NCBI RefSeq assembly: GCF_001194135.2
Contig: NC_068990.1
Coordinates: 43,889,885 to 43,935,267 of the forward strand
Reading direction: 5' to 3'
DNA: 45,383 bases
Source: Octopus bimaculoides
Taxonomy: Eukaryota
In this document: positions 21,803 to 34,332 of the stretch, piece by piece
Layout: the number at the start of each line of letters is the position of its first letter
Numbering within the stretch: position 1 is the first letter of the stretch
The notes under the pieces: model-generated
The model's database searches: none
Told to the model about the DNA's origin: nothing
The model's input: the letters and a program-made list of their open reading frames with translations, nothing else
Translations under genes and position numbers: made by a program

Positions 21803-21946
21803 GGTAATGTTTATACGCCAAAATAACGTGGCAGTCCTGTAAAGGACGATATTACTGTTGTTTTAAGAGATGTTTCTCTGGGGCTAAAACAACAATAACA
21901 TTGTCCTTCACAGGACTGCCACGTTATGTTGGCATATAAACATTAC
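21803..21946. mobile_element. Fold-back hairpin element (MITE-like), arms ~63 bp
   Basis: gtaatgtttatacgccaaaataacgtggcagtcctgtaaaggacgat... pairs with ...attgtccttcacaggactgccacgttatgttggcatataaacattac, with a ~16-nt loop. Confidence 0.75.
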
Positions 21947-22157
21947 TATATATTTATATATAGCTTCGTTGAACAACAAGCATTACTACAACTATAACAA
22001 CAAGAGAAACATGATACAATCTCATTTAATTATGTTACTTATTTTCTATAATGATCATCAAGTATACTTTATTACAATATTCCGTAGTAGTTTCTCTTTG
22101 GCATCCATGATATGCTACTGTACCTAACTATGTATTACTACGACTCACGAAAATATC

Positions 22158-22173
22158 TACTACTGCTGCTTCG

Positions 22174-22208
<35 letters not shown>

Positions 22209-22260
22209 CGCAACTACTACTGCTACTACTACTGCTGCTCTGCTTCTACTACTACTATTG
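22158..22260. repeat. (CTA)n/(CTG)n microsatellite
   Basis: Seen directly. Confidence 0.9.
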
Positions 22261-22929
22261 CATCACACTACTGAACGCTATATTACACAACATTAGCCAA
22301 TGAAGGAGCTTCTATGTTAGCGATTCTCAAGTGGATTCTTATCGAAAACCACTTTGATTTACTGAATAAAATCAGTGAAAATATATGGAACAAATCCAAT
22401 TAACATCAAATTATGCAAATTTAACGGAAAATAGTTTAAAATAAGCTAATGTATGAACACATGCTGACAAACCGTAATATTTTACCCGTGAAATATGTGC
22501 CAGATGAATTTTTGAATATATTTGATGGCTACGATTTCCCTTTTTGCTATGTACTGTATTTACTAAAATACACCACACAAAACTGTTTCTATCCTTTAAT
22601 TTGATCTTGAAATGTGAAGAAAATTAATGTTCACAAATTTGCGTAGATGTAAATCGGAGACACCAGGATAGTTTTTTTTTTTATCAAGTGCGGGTTCAAA
22701 AGCTTTTGAGCGATGAAGGCCTGTTGTGAACTTGTGTAGTAAGATCATTCTTCATATTGAAGAATTCCTTTTGAATCGTTCTGGAACTTTGTTTGTATTT
22801 TTTTCATTTGAATTTTGTTGTATTTCTTTCATTTGAACCAGATGGTCTGGTTCCTCTGATGAGTTTACAAATAAATTTTTTTCCAACTAAATTCTATTTA
22901 TAATACTTAGGTCGACCCGAGTGTTCTTC

Positions 22930-23275
22930 CAACATATCTCTCACGGGTGCCCTGAGATGCATCATCAGTGATGTTTCTGGGGACCTCGTGAATTTTAGGT
23001 CTTTCAACATTTGACTCCCTCTCACAGCTGCCTCAGCCTGTGTTGATCATGTAGCAAACGACTGGTATCCCCTCTTTATCCAAAGCCACCTAGTGGCCTT
23101 TTCTGCAGTCGCAGTAATGAAATTTATGGCCGTCCTCTTTTTACTATTGCATCAGCAATTCAAAGCGCAGTCAGAGCTTTGCTGTGCGGATGCCATACAA
23201 TCACCAATAGTGTACTTCAGTTGCCCTGTAATGTGACATCCAGCCCCGATAGCCATGTCGCGATGCATTTGAAGT
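22930..23275 (-). mobile_element. HERO/NeSL-like RLE non-LTR retrotransposon 3' end
   Basis: Minus strand KRTAINFITATAEKATRWLWIKRG, which matches the AEKASRWLW C-terminal signature. 3' UTR tgttgaaagacc...catcactgatgatg. Confidence 0.65.
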
Positions 23276-23319
23276 AGTTTATCTTAACAAAACCCATTCA
23301 TACGGTTAAGGGTTAATTC

Positions 23320-23425
23320 GAGGTTATAGTAGAAAACACCGGCTCAAGTTATTGTGCAGAGGGATTGAACCCGAATTCACATTTTTGCGACGTAAGCTTC
23401 TTAACCACAAATCCATACATGCACC
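23320..23425 (-). mobile_element. SINE family A head fragment
   Basis: ttatagtagaaaacac...gggattgaacccgaa...ttcttaaccaca. Confidence 0.6.
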
Positions 23426-24324
23426 CACTTGACTGCATTCGATTTCTGCTACCACTCAGAAGACTTCTGCGGATATAGTACATCATTAAAATTACTATGT
23501 TGTTCAACTTTACACTCCAGTGTTGAGTACACCCCACCCGGTGGCATAACTTTGACCAAGAGTCAAGATTAGTTAAGGAAATTAAAATCACGTTGGAATC
23601 TTGTTTTAAGAATGTAGAGTAATATTCTGATGTTTATCAATTGGCATAAGTTCATAGAATTTGTTTGTTCGAGAAGGGAAAGGAAAGCGAGCAACAGTTT
23701 AATAACCGATCTGATCGACTCTTGAACTTCATGAACCCCACCTCCGCCACGCTTTGTATTGATTCATGAAGAATTATAGACACGGTCGATTTCGGAGTGA
23801 TTCCCATTTGGAGTGTTATTCCATCGCCCTAATAAGAATTATTGATGAAATATTGAAATGTCTGAGATAAGTTTTTCTCTTCAAGATTATACATTTTTCA
23901 AACTATTAACCTAAAGTTTGGAAATAAAAATATTGTTTTCAAAAGATACCACTACACTTTGTTTCTATTTTCGATTGTTATCGAGTGAGTTATTCCTGTA
24001 CCTTAACAACATACTGAATTTGAGCTAGGGACTTTTATTTCTAATATTCAAGGCAATAAGGTTCTTATCCGCCAGGTTACTGGACCACATAATCTATCAT
24101 TGCATTTTTAACACGTATGCCACCAGATTTTCATCACTTCTTCTATGATGCTTTTATCATATCACCTATCACTGTATTCCTAATATCTATTTTAACACAC
24201 GGTACCATGTTCTTTTCACATGATGTGCCATTATATATTTATCACAGCTATGGTTTTTGCTAGAAATGAGTCTATATTGTTACCACATGTGACACTATAT
24301 TTTCGTAGCACATATATATGTTCA

Positions 24325-24470
24325 GGCATGTCTATTTGGTTAATAAACTCGCTTTGCAGCCGCGTGGTTTTGGGTTCGATCCCACTGCGCGCCACCTAGG
24401 GCAAGTGTTTTCTACTATAGCCTCAGGCCAACCATTGCCTTAAAAGTGGATTTGGTATACGGAAATTTCG
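24325..24470 (+). mobile_element. SINE family A 5' half
   Basis: gggttcgatcccactgcgcgccacctagggcaagtgttttctactatagcc...gtggatttggtatacggaaa. Confidence 0.7.
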
Positions 24471-24525
24471 ATTACAATTTTTTAAAAATACATGCTTATT
24501 ATGGACTTCTGATTAAGTGTGCGCA

Positions 24526-25250
24526 ATACTATATAGTTATCGGCCGGAGCGAAGTGTTCATGCCCGGACCACAGTTTTTAGGCATTGTATAGATTTCGTT
24601 AATATAAGAATTTGTTTTGAAAATATTTTTGCGAAGGTAATGAGAGGAGTTTCGAAAAATTCACTCGAGTCTAGTGGAAAAATGGTTATCTTTACATGAA
24701 ATTTTCTACAAATACCTTTCAGAGTGTGTGGATGACGATTGCATCGAATTTTATTGTGAAAAGAAGTTGATGGGATAGCACACATGCATACTGATGCACA
24801 TCACATGTATCAACAAAATGAAACTTGAAATTTCGAAAAAAATTGTGATATGTGTCCGTATATGCAAGTACGTGATTTCTATTTTTCTTTTAACATTAAA
24901 TTCCTGTATAATCGTAATTTACACACTCTGAAAGATATTAATAGGAATTTTCATTAAAAAATACCCTTTTCCCGAAAGTTAAGAGGAAACAAAGCCGACT
25001 CATTTAAATTATTTAAAACCCCTCTCCACACTTACTCGAAATTTTCTCCCAACAAATTCCGATATAATTGGTATCTATATTACCCGAAGCGTATTTGTAG
25101 AAAATTTCATTAAAAAATATATATTTTTCTGGGTGTTGTGAAGAAACAAAGTCGGTGGAGCACATTTGTGTATGCATGCTCATTACTATTATATAACTAT
25201 ATAAGATTACATTGCTGCTACATACCTACATATCGGCTTGCTTCGCTTCA
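24526..25250. mobile_element. Unclassified structured repeat, possibly a non-autonomous Helitron/Helentron-type element
   Basis: 11-bp inverted repeat tatatagttat (24530-24540) / ataactatata (25193-25203). A ~44-bp internal unit at 24696-24739 is inverted relative to copies at 24910-24954 and 25091-25110. Confidence 0.4.
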
Positions 25251-25455
25251 CTTTCATTTTGTATGTAACAATATTTAATTATATAACTGCATGTTATATA
25301 TAAACAAAGAACATATTTCTTTCGTTCGGTTTGCATCAATAGGGCAACAGTAATGTGAATGAGATGGGCTGAAGTTTTCATTTAGTACAAACATAAATAG
25401 TATTTACGATAATATTGGGTTTAGTATAGAATACTAGCTGTATTAAAATGCATCG

Positions 25456-25489
<34 letters not shown>

Positions 25490-25644
25490 ATATACATGTG
25501 TACACACACGCACACATTAAAATGTGTAGGCAGTATTTAGATAGTAATTTTTCACTTCTTTATAAATGCACGTTCTTTTAACATAATTGCATTTCATCTA
25601 ATATACACACACACATACATATGTGTGTGTGTGTGTGTGTGTGT

Positions 25645-25770
25645 GTGATTATATCTATGTTTGTCTTCCCCACCACCTGACAACCGTGTTTGGTTTGTTT
25701 ACGTCTCCATAATATACCAGCTCAGCATAAAACCCTGATAAAGTTCAGATTTAAAAAAAACAAGTACTAG
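25645..25770 (+). mobile_element. SINE family A 3' half, degraded
   Basis: tgtttgtcttccccaccacctgacaaccgtgtttggtttgtttacgtctccataa...aagtactag. Confidence 0.6.
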
Positions 25771-26111
25771 AGGTCATCTAGAAGTTCTGCTCTTTTTGCC
25801 CATGTTTCTGTCCTTCGTCTACTAGAAATGAGATTGGTGAATTGTAGTGCTGATGACGTCTATTAATGCAGAAACACGTAACCACGACTGCTTTCTTGTC
25901 TATAGACAATAAGCCTGCTCTTTTACTGAATGGTATGTGAACTTTGGAGAATTGTTGGTGCTTGAGATTATTTCTCTTTCTTTTATGGAACTGGCATTAA
26001 CTGTCATTTGGTAATTCCAACACATCCTCTAGAGGTGGAGACGACTTTAATACGTCAAGAACTTTCGTTGTATGGTATTTAATACACACACACATACATA
26101 TATACACACAC

Positions 26112-26144
<33 letters not shown>

Positions 26145-26157
26145 TATATATATAATC

Positions 26158-26374
26158 TTTATTCTTTCTTTTACTCTTTTACTTGTTTCAGTCATTTGAC
26201 TGCTGCCATGCTGGAGCATCGCCTTTAGTTGAACAAATCGATCCGAGGACTTATTCTTTGTAAGCCTAGTGCTTATTCTATCGGATCTTTTTTGCCAAAC
26301 CGCTAAGTTATGAGGACGCAAACCCAGTTGTCAGGGGATGGTAGGGGAGGGAACAAACACAAATATACATACAC

Positions 26375-26445
<71 letters not shown>

Positions 26446-26602
26446 CGAAGTTTCAATTTCTGTCTACCAAATCTATTCACAAGGCTTTGGTCGGGCCGGG
26501 GCTGCAGTAGGAGACACTTGCCCAAGGTGCCACGCAGTGGGACTGAACCCGGAACCATGTGGTTGGTTAGCAAGCTTCTTACCACACTGCCACACCTGCG
26601 CC
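26158..26602 (-). mobile_element. SINE family A, full length, well preserved
   Basis: Colinear with 18-468, internal (CA)(TA) tract at ~26355-26445. Confidence 0.85.
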
Positions 26603-26619
26603 TATATGTGTGTGTGTAA

Positions 26620-26669
26620 TTTTCTACATGTGTATACGTGTACAAGTTTATATATGAATACATACATGT

Positions 26670-26708
<39 letters not shown>

Positions 26709-28657
26709 GATAAATACATACATGCATACATATATATACATACGCATGCATACATATATACATACATGCATACATACATACATACGTACGTACATACATA
26801 CATACATACATACATACGTGTGTACCGGTCTTCCAGCTGAAGATTCTAGACAGATGAAGCCATTATTTTTGCTCATTTAAAAAAAACATTTTGATATTCT
26901 GCATTTATAAAGAATATTTATTCCCTACATTAATGTACATTTGCGATATATATATATATATANNNNNNNNNNNNNNNNNNNNNNNNNNNNNNNNNNNNNN
27001 NNNNNNNNNNNNNNNNNNNNNNNNNNNNNNNNNNNNNNNNNNNNNNNNNNNNNNNNNNNNNNNNNNNNNNNNNNNNNNNNNNNNNNNNNNNNNNNNNNNN
27101 NNNNNNNNNNNNNNNNNNNNNNNNNNNNNNNNNNNNNNNNNNNNNNNNNNNNNNNNNNNNNNNNNNNNNNNNNNNNNNNNNNNNNNNNNNNNNNNNNNNN
27201 NNNNNNNNNNNNNNNNNNNNNNNNNNNNNNNNNNNNNNNNNNNNNNNNNNNNNNNNNNNNNNNNNNNNNNNNNNNNNNNNNNNNNNNNNNNNNNNNNNNN
27301 NNNNNNNNNNNNNNNNNNNNNNNNNNNNNNNNNNNNNNNNNNNNNNNNNNNNNNNNNNNNNNNNNNNNNNNNNNNNNNNNNNNNNNNNNNNNNNNNNNNN
27401 NNNNNNNNNNNNNNNNNNNNNNNNNNNNNNNNNNNNNNNNNNNNNNNNNNNNNNNNNNNNNNNNNNNNNNNNNNNNNNNNNNNNNNNNNNNNNNNNNNNN
27501 NNNNNNNNNNNNNNNNNNNNNNNNNNNNNNNNNNNNNNNNNNNNNNNNNNNNNNNNNNNNNNNNNNNNNNNNNNNNNNNNNNNNNNNNNNNNNNNNNNNN
27601 NNNNNNNNNNNNNNNNNNNNNNNNNNNNNNNNNNNNNNNNNNNNNNNNNNNNNNNNNNNNNNNNNNNNNNNNNNNNNNNNNNNNNNNNNNNNNNNNNNNN
27701 NNNNNNNNNNNNNNNNNNNNNNNNNNNNNNNNNNNNNNNNNNNNNNNNNNNNNNNNNNNNNNNNNNNNNNNNNNNNNNNNNNNNNNNNNNNNNNNNNNNN
27801 NNNNNNNNNNNNNNNNNNNNNNNNNNNNNNNNNNNNNNNNNNNNNNNNNNNNNNNNNNNNNNNNNNNNNNNNNNNNNNNNNNNNNNNNNNNNNNNNNNNN
27901 NNNNNNNNNNNNNNNNNNNNNNNNNNNNNNNNNNNNNNNNNNNNTATATATATATATATATATATATATTTGCATGAGCAAACTCAGTTTTGGTTATGCA
28001 TCGACATTTTGCCCCTTTAACAGTATTAAGCACTTCCATTCTCGTAATTGTATTTTGCATCATTGTGAAACCGCCGTGCACAACACACATTCACGCACGC
28101 TCACATTCACACGCATACGCACACTCACACGTAGACACACAACACAAATAGACGCTCAAATACAGAGGTGTGTGTGTGTTTGTGTGCGTGCATGTGTGTG
28201 TCTGTGAGTGTGTGTGTGTATGTGTGTGTGTGTGCATCAGCGTATGTATACCTATCTTTGTGTATGTATATACCTATGCTTGTGCACATGTATATAAATG
28301 TATGTAAATATATATATATATATATATATACACATACATATAAAACAACAAATAAATATATAAATTGATATATGTACATATACACATACATACGTATATA
28401 TATGTGTGTATATGTACACGTGCGTGTGTGTGTGCATGTATGTATGTGCGTGTGTGTATTTATAGGGAGAAATAAAATATTTTGAACTATTTGAGAATGA
28501 ACGTTTATTGGAATGCTAAAAGGAGATTACACGTATAAGATTATTAAAATTAACAATGTACACTTCATCCATCCATCCGCCTGTCCGCACATACACACAT
28601 ATATATATACATATAAAGCATATGTTTATACATATATGTATATGCTATGTATGTATA

Positions 28658-28708
<51 letters not shown>

Positions 28709-28792
28709 ATATATATACATATATATATATACATACACACACACATATATATGCATATATACATATGCATAAATGCATACATACATACATAC

Positions 28793-28851
<59 letters not shown>

Positions 28852-28861
28852 NNNNNNNNNN

Positions 28862-28924
<63 letters not shown>

Positions 28925-29160
28925 GTGTATGTATACAGTGTTAAAGAAATAGTAATAAATACACTATGTATGCACTCGTTGATATACTCGATAAAGAGTG
29001 ATAATGAGAGTGGAGAAGACCAGAGAGACAGTAAGGACAGATAGAGAGAGAGAGAGAGAGGGAAAGAGACAGGGAGAGAGAGAGAGAAGAGAGGGAGGGA
29101 GAGAGAGAAGAGAGGGAGGGAGAGAGAGGGGAGATGAATAGAGAAGGAAAGAAGGAAGGA
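26620..29160. repeat. Microsatellite cluster with gaps (N 26963-27944 and 28852-28861)
   Basis: (TACA), (TA), (CA), (TG) and (GA) runs seen directly. Confidence 0.9.
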
Positions 29161-29897
29161 AAAGGAAAGCATTTTGATATTCTTGTATATTGTTATAGAA
29201 GTATGTAAAATCTGAATTTTTCCCACTGACAACTCTTGAAGCTGCCTAGGAAACAAATTGTCCATATTATGGAACAGTTTTGTAATTGGATTGGAAAGAT
29301 CAAAGTGTTAAAAAGAAAATGGTTTCACCAGCGGAGTGATTATTTGCTGAGATTATGACAGAGTTCAGAAAACCGATAAGAAATTGATTTTGCTTTTGGG
29401 ATTATCAATCCTCACACGTATCATAGACTTCGTTATAAATCGAAGAATACAGGAATAAAAGTCTTATATAGTTTATGATGTGTTTTATATTTCATTTAAT
29501 ATATTGAAAATTCTTGTAATTTTTATTTACTGTTATTATTTGCGGAAAACCGACAGCTGCTTTCAATCAACGTATATATTGCTATAATCAAATCCTCACT
29601 TATTTACGTGCCTGCTATTTTATTCCGTTCCATTTTAATCCATTATATTTTATCATGGAATCACGTTTCATTCTCTGTATTAATTTCAAAAACAAACTTA
29701 CTTTTCACTGTGTTCTTGCTGTTGTTGTTAGTGGTGATTTTATCGTTGGTTAACCTTAGGCCAGCTCTAGTTGAACCGAACTATCTTTAATCTTCTTACT
29801 TTTTATTTATTCCAGTCATTGGCCTGCACTCGGTTTCGCTTCTTTGAGCTATTCATAATTAGGCGATTAGTGATGATGTTATAGTTTCATGCTGCTG

Positions 29898-30281
29898 TTA
29901 TTACCTCCGCCATGGAAGGAGGTTATGTTTTCATCGGTGTTGGTTTGTCCGTCTGTCTGTCTGTGTGCAAAATAACTCAAAATGTTGTGAACGGTATTTG
30001 ATGAAACTTGCAGGAAAAGTTGGTAATGACACAAGGAACAGATGATGAAATTTTGGTAGTGATCCGGGAATTTTATGGATTCTTGAAGGATTTTTCATTT
30101 GTTATATTTACTTTATATGAAATATTACAATGTTATGTTCTTTGATTATCTCCCTTGAAACACGTTCATCGTTTCCACGTAACTTATGGTGGCGTTGCTG
30201 ATTCCAAAGTTTATTTTCATTTCTCTATTAGTAATTTTACTCGCGTATCTATCTTAAAATGAGCTGCTTGGCGGAGGTCTG
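29898..30281 (+). mobile_element. Helentron-associated interspersed element (HINE)-like, 3' hairpin missing
   Basis: ttattacctccgcca...cttggcggaggtctg subterminal inverted repeats, with a (TCTG)n microsatellite after the 5' end. Confidence 0.7.
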
Positions 30282-30780
30282 TGGAGGATGACATAACAAG
30301 CCTTGACTATTGGGATCAACTCAAAAAGCTCATGCTTTGCTCCCTCCACCGCCGCTGTGAGGGCTATATCTTCTGTATGATGTGGAAAATATTCCATCAA
30401 CATTGCCCATCTTTAAAATTTGTCCGAGGCTTGGCCCCCGTGCCATCCGTCCACTACAGAAGTGTTCGTGTCGTATCACAAAACTATGACAGAACTATTT
30501 CATCTCAGTTGATCCTGCTCTCTTCAACATCGTGTCAGACACACATAAATGAGGAAATTGACTTCAAAGCATTCAAACGATTCCTAGATGATTACCCCCC
30601 AACAAATACCAGATAAACCACCCACACCCAGATATGTCCCTGAAAACAAAAAAAAAAAAAACCTCTGCTTGAATGGGCTACGGTTCCCCAGAGCTGACTG
30701 TGTATCTCTTCCAGGTGGTGCTATTAAATTAGACATGGCCGGAGTCAACTTCGGCCGAAACGTATCTAAGTAATCTAATC
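30282..30780 (+). mobile_element. CR1-group LINE 3' end
   Basis: LDYWDQLKKLMLCSLHRRCEGYIFCMMWKIFH, FKAFKRFLD, IPDKPPTPRYV. 3' stem-loop ggccgga/ttcggcc (30737-30756) and short tail taagtaatctaatc. Confidence 0.75.
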
Positions 30781-31319
30781 TATGCTGTAACCTATTAATC
30801 AAAGCATGACAACGTGGGTAGAGGCTGATATCTTAACATTTCTGTTGGTCTTAAGTATATAAAAAAAATTATTAAAGATTTATATAGAACTACATTCAGA
30901 GTATGTCTATAAGCTATTGTGTTTAGACCTGGTTTCTATCCTCAAACTGTTCTGTTTTGTAGATGCAATTTTTTTTTTATAAAGAACTCCGAAATTAGAA
31001 AAATCAAATATCTACAACAATCTCGGTCCCATGAGTATCGGATAAAGGATTTTCAACAGTGTAAAGAAACTGATTGTGGTGATCGTAGTTTTGACGATGG
31101 TTGTGGTGAAAACAGATACAGTGTTGATGATGACGATGGTCGAGATAAGTATGGGAGGAGGATAAAATAGTATCGGTGGTTATAATGGGAGCAGGAGCGG
31201 CGTGATGTGTGATGCTGAGGTGATGGTGGTAATAGTGGTGTTGATGATAGTGTTAGTTGTGTGATGGTGGTATTGCAGTGGTTATACTGGTTGTGAAAGT
31301 GACTGTGTTATTTTTTTTT

Positions 31320-31450
31320 TTACCCCCGCCAAGGAGGTTAAGGCTTTGCCGGTGTTGGTTTGGGAAATTGGGCGATTTTCAGCATGTATGTATATGGGTG
31401 GAAATGAGCTGCTTGGCGGAGGTCTGCGCTCTCCGAGTGCTTTTCTAGTT
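31320..31450 (+). mobile_element. Short complete HINE-like element, internally deleted relative of 29898-30281
   Basis: ttacccccgccaagg...cttggcggagg, 3' hairpin gcgctc-tcc-gagtgc, then ttttctagtt, inserted in a T-rich site. Confidence 0.75.
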
Positions 31451-31552
31451 AGTTGTTGTAATTCGATGTTGGTAGATCAGATATTTTGTAAATAAATAAA
31501 TAAATTTTCGAGGAGGTAATCGATGATTATTATTATCATTAGAATCAGGGGG

Positions 31553-31640
31553 TTAAGGCGGCGAGCTAGCAGAATCGTTAGCACGCTGGACGAAATGCAT
31601 AACAGTATTTCGCCCGTCGTTACGTTCTGAGTTCAAATTC
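31553..31640 (+). mobile_element. SINE family C head only
   Basis: ggcggcgagctagcagaatcgttagcacg...gagttcaaattcc, then truncated. Confidence 0.7.
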
Positions 31641-32060
31641 CTGAAATAACCACCCTCTGCTTAAGATAGATAGATAGATAGATAGAAGACAGACACATAG
31701 ATAGATAAATAGATAAATTGATTGATAGATAGAGGAAAGGAGAGAGAGAGAGAGAGAGAGAGAGAGTTGGGAAGGAATGAGAGAGGGAAAACTATGAGAA
31801 AGAGGGGAGAGAGAGTGTGTGTGGAGAATGAATGAGGGAAGGAAAATAATGAGAAAGAAGGGAACGGCAGAGAGAGAAAGAGAGATAAAGAGATAGAGAG
31901 AGAAAGAGAGAGAGTGAGAAAGAGAGAGAGCATTAGATGATATAGTCCCGGAATGGTCACCCCTACAGTAACGTTTTTAGTCATAGATCTGTTCCACCAA
32001 AGTTAGCATGTAAGACAACGCTGAAGTAAACAACGACGACGATGACGACATGATGTATAT

Positions 32061-32132
<72 letters not shown>

Positions 32133-32204
32133 ATATGTATATATAAGAGAGAAGAAGCCCTTCAATGATGTTATTCTAAACGTACAGTGAAGTGTTAGTT
32201 ATAT

Positions 32205-32420
32205 TGTGTCACACGAGACAACCAAGAGATCCTTTGCTTTAGCGCTCGAGCTGCTAAACATCAAAATCAAATCTTCCCCAAATCACAGCCTACAGCCATC
32301 AAAATAAAGAGAGAAACATGTATCCAGAATCCAAATGACCACAGGATGTGTCACCCTTGATCGCAGGTCTGCCCTGTCAAGGTTGACTAAGACTAAACAA
32401 CAACAACATCAACATCAACA
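32205..32420 (+). repeat. Unclassified interspersed repeat ending in (CAA)n
   Basis: ccttgatcgcaggtctg...gactaaacaacaacaac resembles ctttgatcacaggcct...gctaaacacaac (3983-4030). A related piece is at ~37770-37830. Confidence 0.45.
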
Positions 32421-32874
32421 ACAACAGACGATGTTGACAAGAACAAAATTCCTTAATTTCTTTCATTTGGTAATTGTTGATGTGAGCTTGTGATTTCCAG
32501 TGGAAAGTGAGAAGCTCTGTAGTAGATATCTAATGTCATTAAGCCTGAAGGCTACGTTTCGGTGGTTCAAATCCAGCCTAGGTCATCGCGACCTTACACT
32601 ACATGAATGATCGATGAAATATTCATGAGATCGAAGATAAAAGTAAAGGAATAAACTCGACTTAAGAAAAGCGAAGCTGATTTGAGGTGTTTGATGTTCT
32701 ACTTCGGTTATCGGTTTCTTAGAGGATCCGGTTTAAAACCGTAAGAGGTCAGCCTTAAGGAAAATAAGCTCTCCTAGATTAGCGTCTTATACAAGTGTGC
32801 ATATGTCTATGTGTATATGCATTCGTGCGTGTGTGTGTACGAGTGTGAGTGTATTCATGTAAATGTGCGCGTAT

Positions 32875-33070
32875 GTGAGTGGCACAAGTGGTAGAACGAC
32901 AGGCAAAACAATGTAGCAGCTTTTAAAATTCTTTTACAGTCTGAGTAGAAATTCCATCGAGGTCAACTTTGTTTTTTATCCTTTCGGGGACAACCAAGCA
33001 AGTACCGGGGTCAATGGTTTCAACTAATCCACCCGCTACTTCAAAATTGTTGGCGTTGTGCCTAAACTAG
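32875..33070 (+). mobile_element. Degraded SINE family C
   Basis: gaggtcaactttgttttttatcctttcgggg...aagtaccggggtcaat...ggcgttgtgcct. Confidence 0.55.
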
Positions 33071-33186
33071 AGACGATTTCTGGGATTGATAGTATCAAAA
33101 TGTTTGGCATTGTGAGTAAATCATAAACTAGTTGTTGCTGTTGGTGTTCGTAGCATTATTATCGCTGTTGTTGTTGTTGTTGTTTT

Positions 33187-33218
<32 letters not shown>

Positions 33219-33230
33219 TTATTATTATTA

Positions 33231-33444
33231 TGGCGAACTGGCAGAATCGTTAGCACGCCGGTCGAAATCCCATAGCGGTATTTCGTCTGTCCTCATGTTC
33301 TGAGTTCAAATGCCTCTGGGGTCGACTTTGACATACCTTTCATCCTTTCAGGGTCAAACTTAGTACTAGTTACGCACTGAGATCGATGTAATCGACTAAC
33401 CCCCTTGCCCCCAAATTTCAGGCCTTGCGCCTATAGTAGAAAAG

Positions 33445-33480
<36 letters not shown>
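33231..33480 (+). mobile_element. SINE family C with (ATT)n tail
   Basis: Full head and body, tail 33445-33480. Confidence 0.85.
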
Positions 33481-33483
<3 letters not shown>

Positions 33484-33693
33484 TAGTTTTATTTTTATAA
33501 CGTGCTTTCACTTCACTACCGAGCGCAGCTCTGTGCGCCTTGGGTATGTGCTGTGGTTTGCTGTGGTGCTCTTATGTTTACTGTATTGAAAGTGTTTTGC
33601 GTAGAATGTGTGCAGTACCCAGTAGTGCAATTTTCTGTATGTTATATATATTTGTAAGTCCTGGTGTTTTTGTTATGTATTTGTCTGAATATT
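33481..33693 (-). mobile_element. Dong/R4-type RLE retrotransposon 3' end abutting (TAA)n; remainder in gap (N 33694-34332)
   Basis: Uninterrupted YSDKYITKTPGLTNIYNIQKIALLGTAHILRKTLSIQ*, ~97-nt 3' UTR, then aataataat. Confidence 0.9.
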
Positions 33694-34332
33694 NNNNNNN
33701 NNNNNNNNNNNNNNNNNNNNNNNNNNNNNNNNNNNNNNNNNNNNNNNNNNNNNNNNNNNNNNNNNNNNNNNNNNNNNNNNNNNNNNNNNNNNNNNNNNNN
33801 NNNNNNNNNNNNNNNNNNNNNNNNNNNNNNNNNNNNNNNNNNNNNNNNNNNNNNNNNNNNNNNNNNNNNNNNNNNNNNNNNNNNNNNNNNNNNNNNNNNN
33901 NNNNNNNNNNNNNNNNNNNNNNNNNNNNNNNNNNNNNNNNNNNNNNNNNNNNNNNNNNNNNNNNNNNNNNNNNNNNNNNNNNNNNNNNNNNNNNNNNNNN
34001 NNNNNNNNNNNNNNNNNNNNNNNNNNNNNNNNNNNNNNNNNNNNNNNNNNNNNNNNNNNNNNNNNNNNNNNNNNNNNNNNNNNNNNNNNNNNNNNNNNNN
34101 NNNNNNNNNNNNNNNNNNNNNNNNNNNNNNNNNNNNNNNNNNNNNNNNNNNNNNNNNNNNNNNNNNNNNNNNNNNNNNNNNNNNNNNNNNNNNNNNNNNN
34201 NNNNNNNNNNNNNNNNNNNNNNNNNNNNNNNNNNNNNNNNNNNNNNNNNNNNNNNNNNNNNNNNNNNNNNNNNNNNNNNNNNNNNNNNNNNNNNNNNNNN
34301 NNNNNNNNNNNNNNNNNNNNNNNNNNNNNNNN

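Noticed and set aside
22955-23010. GAAA ... CUGAUGA on the minus strand as a type II hammerhead
   Set aside because: There is no U-H cleavage site after stem III, and CUGAUGA is sequestered in a catca/tgatg hairpin.
30730-30765. ggccg...cggcc-gaaac as a hammerhead
   Set aside because: No CUGANGA upstream; better explained as a LINE 3' stem-loop.
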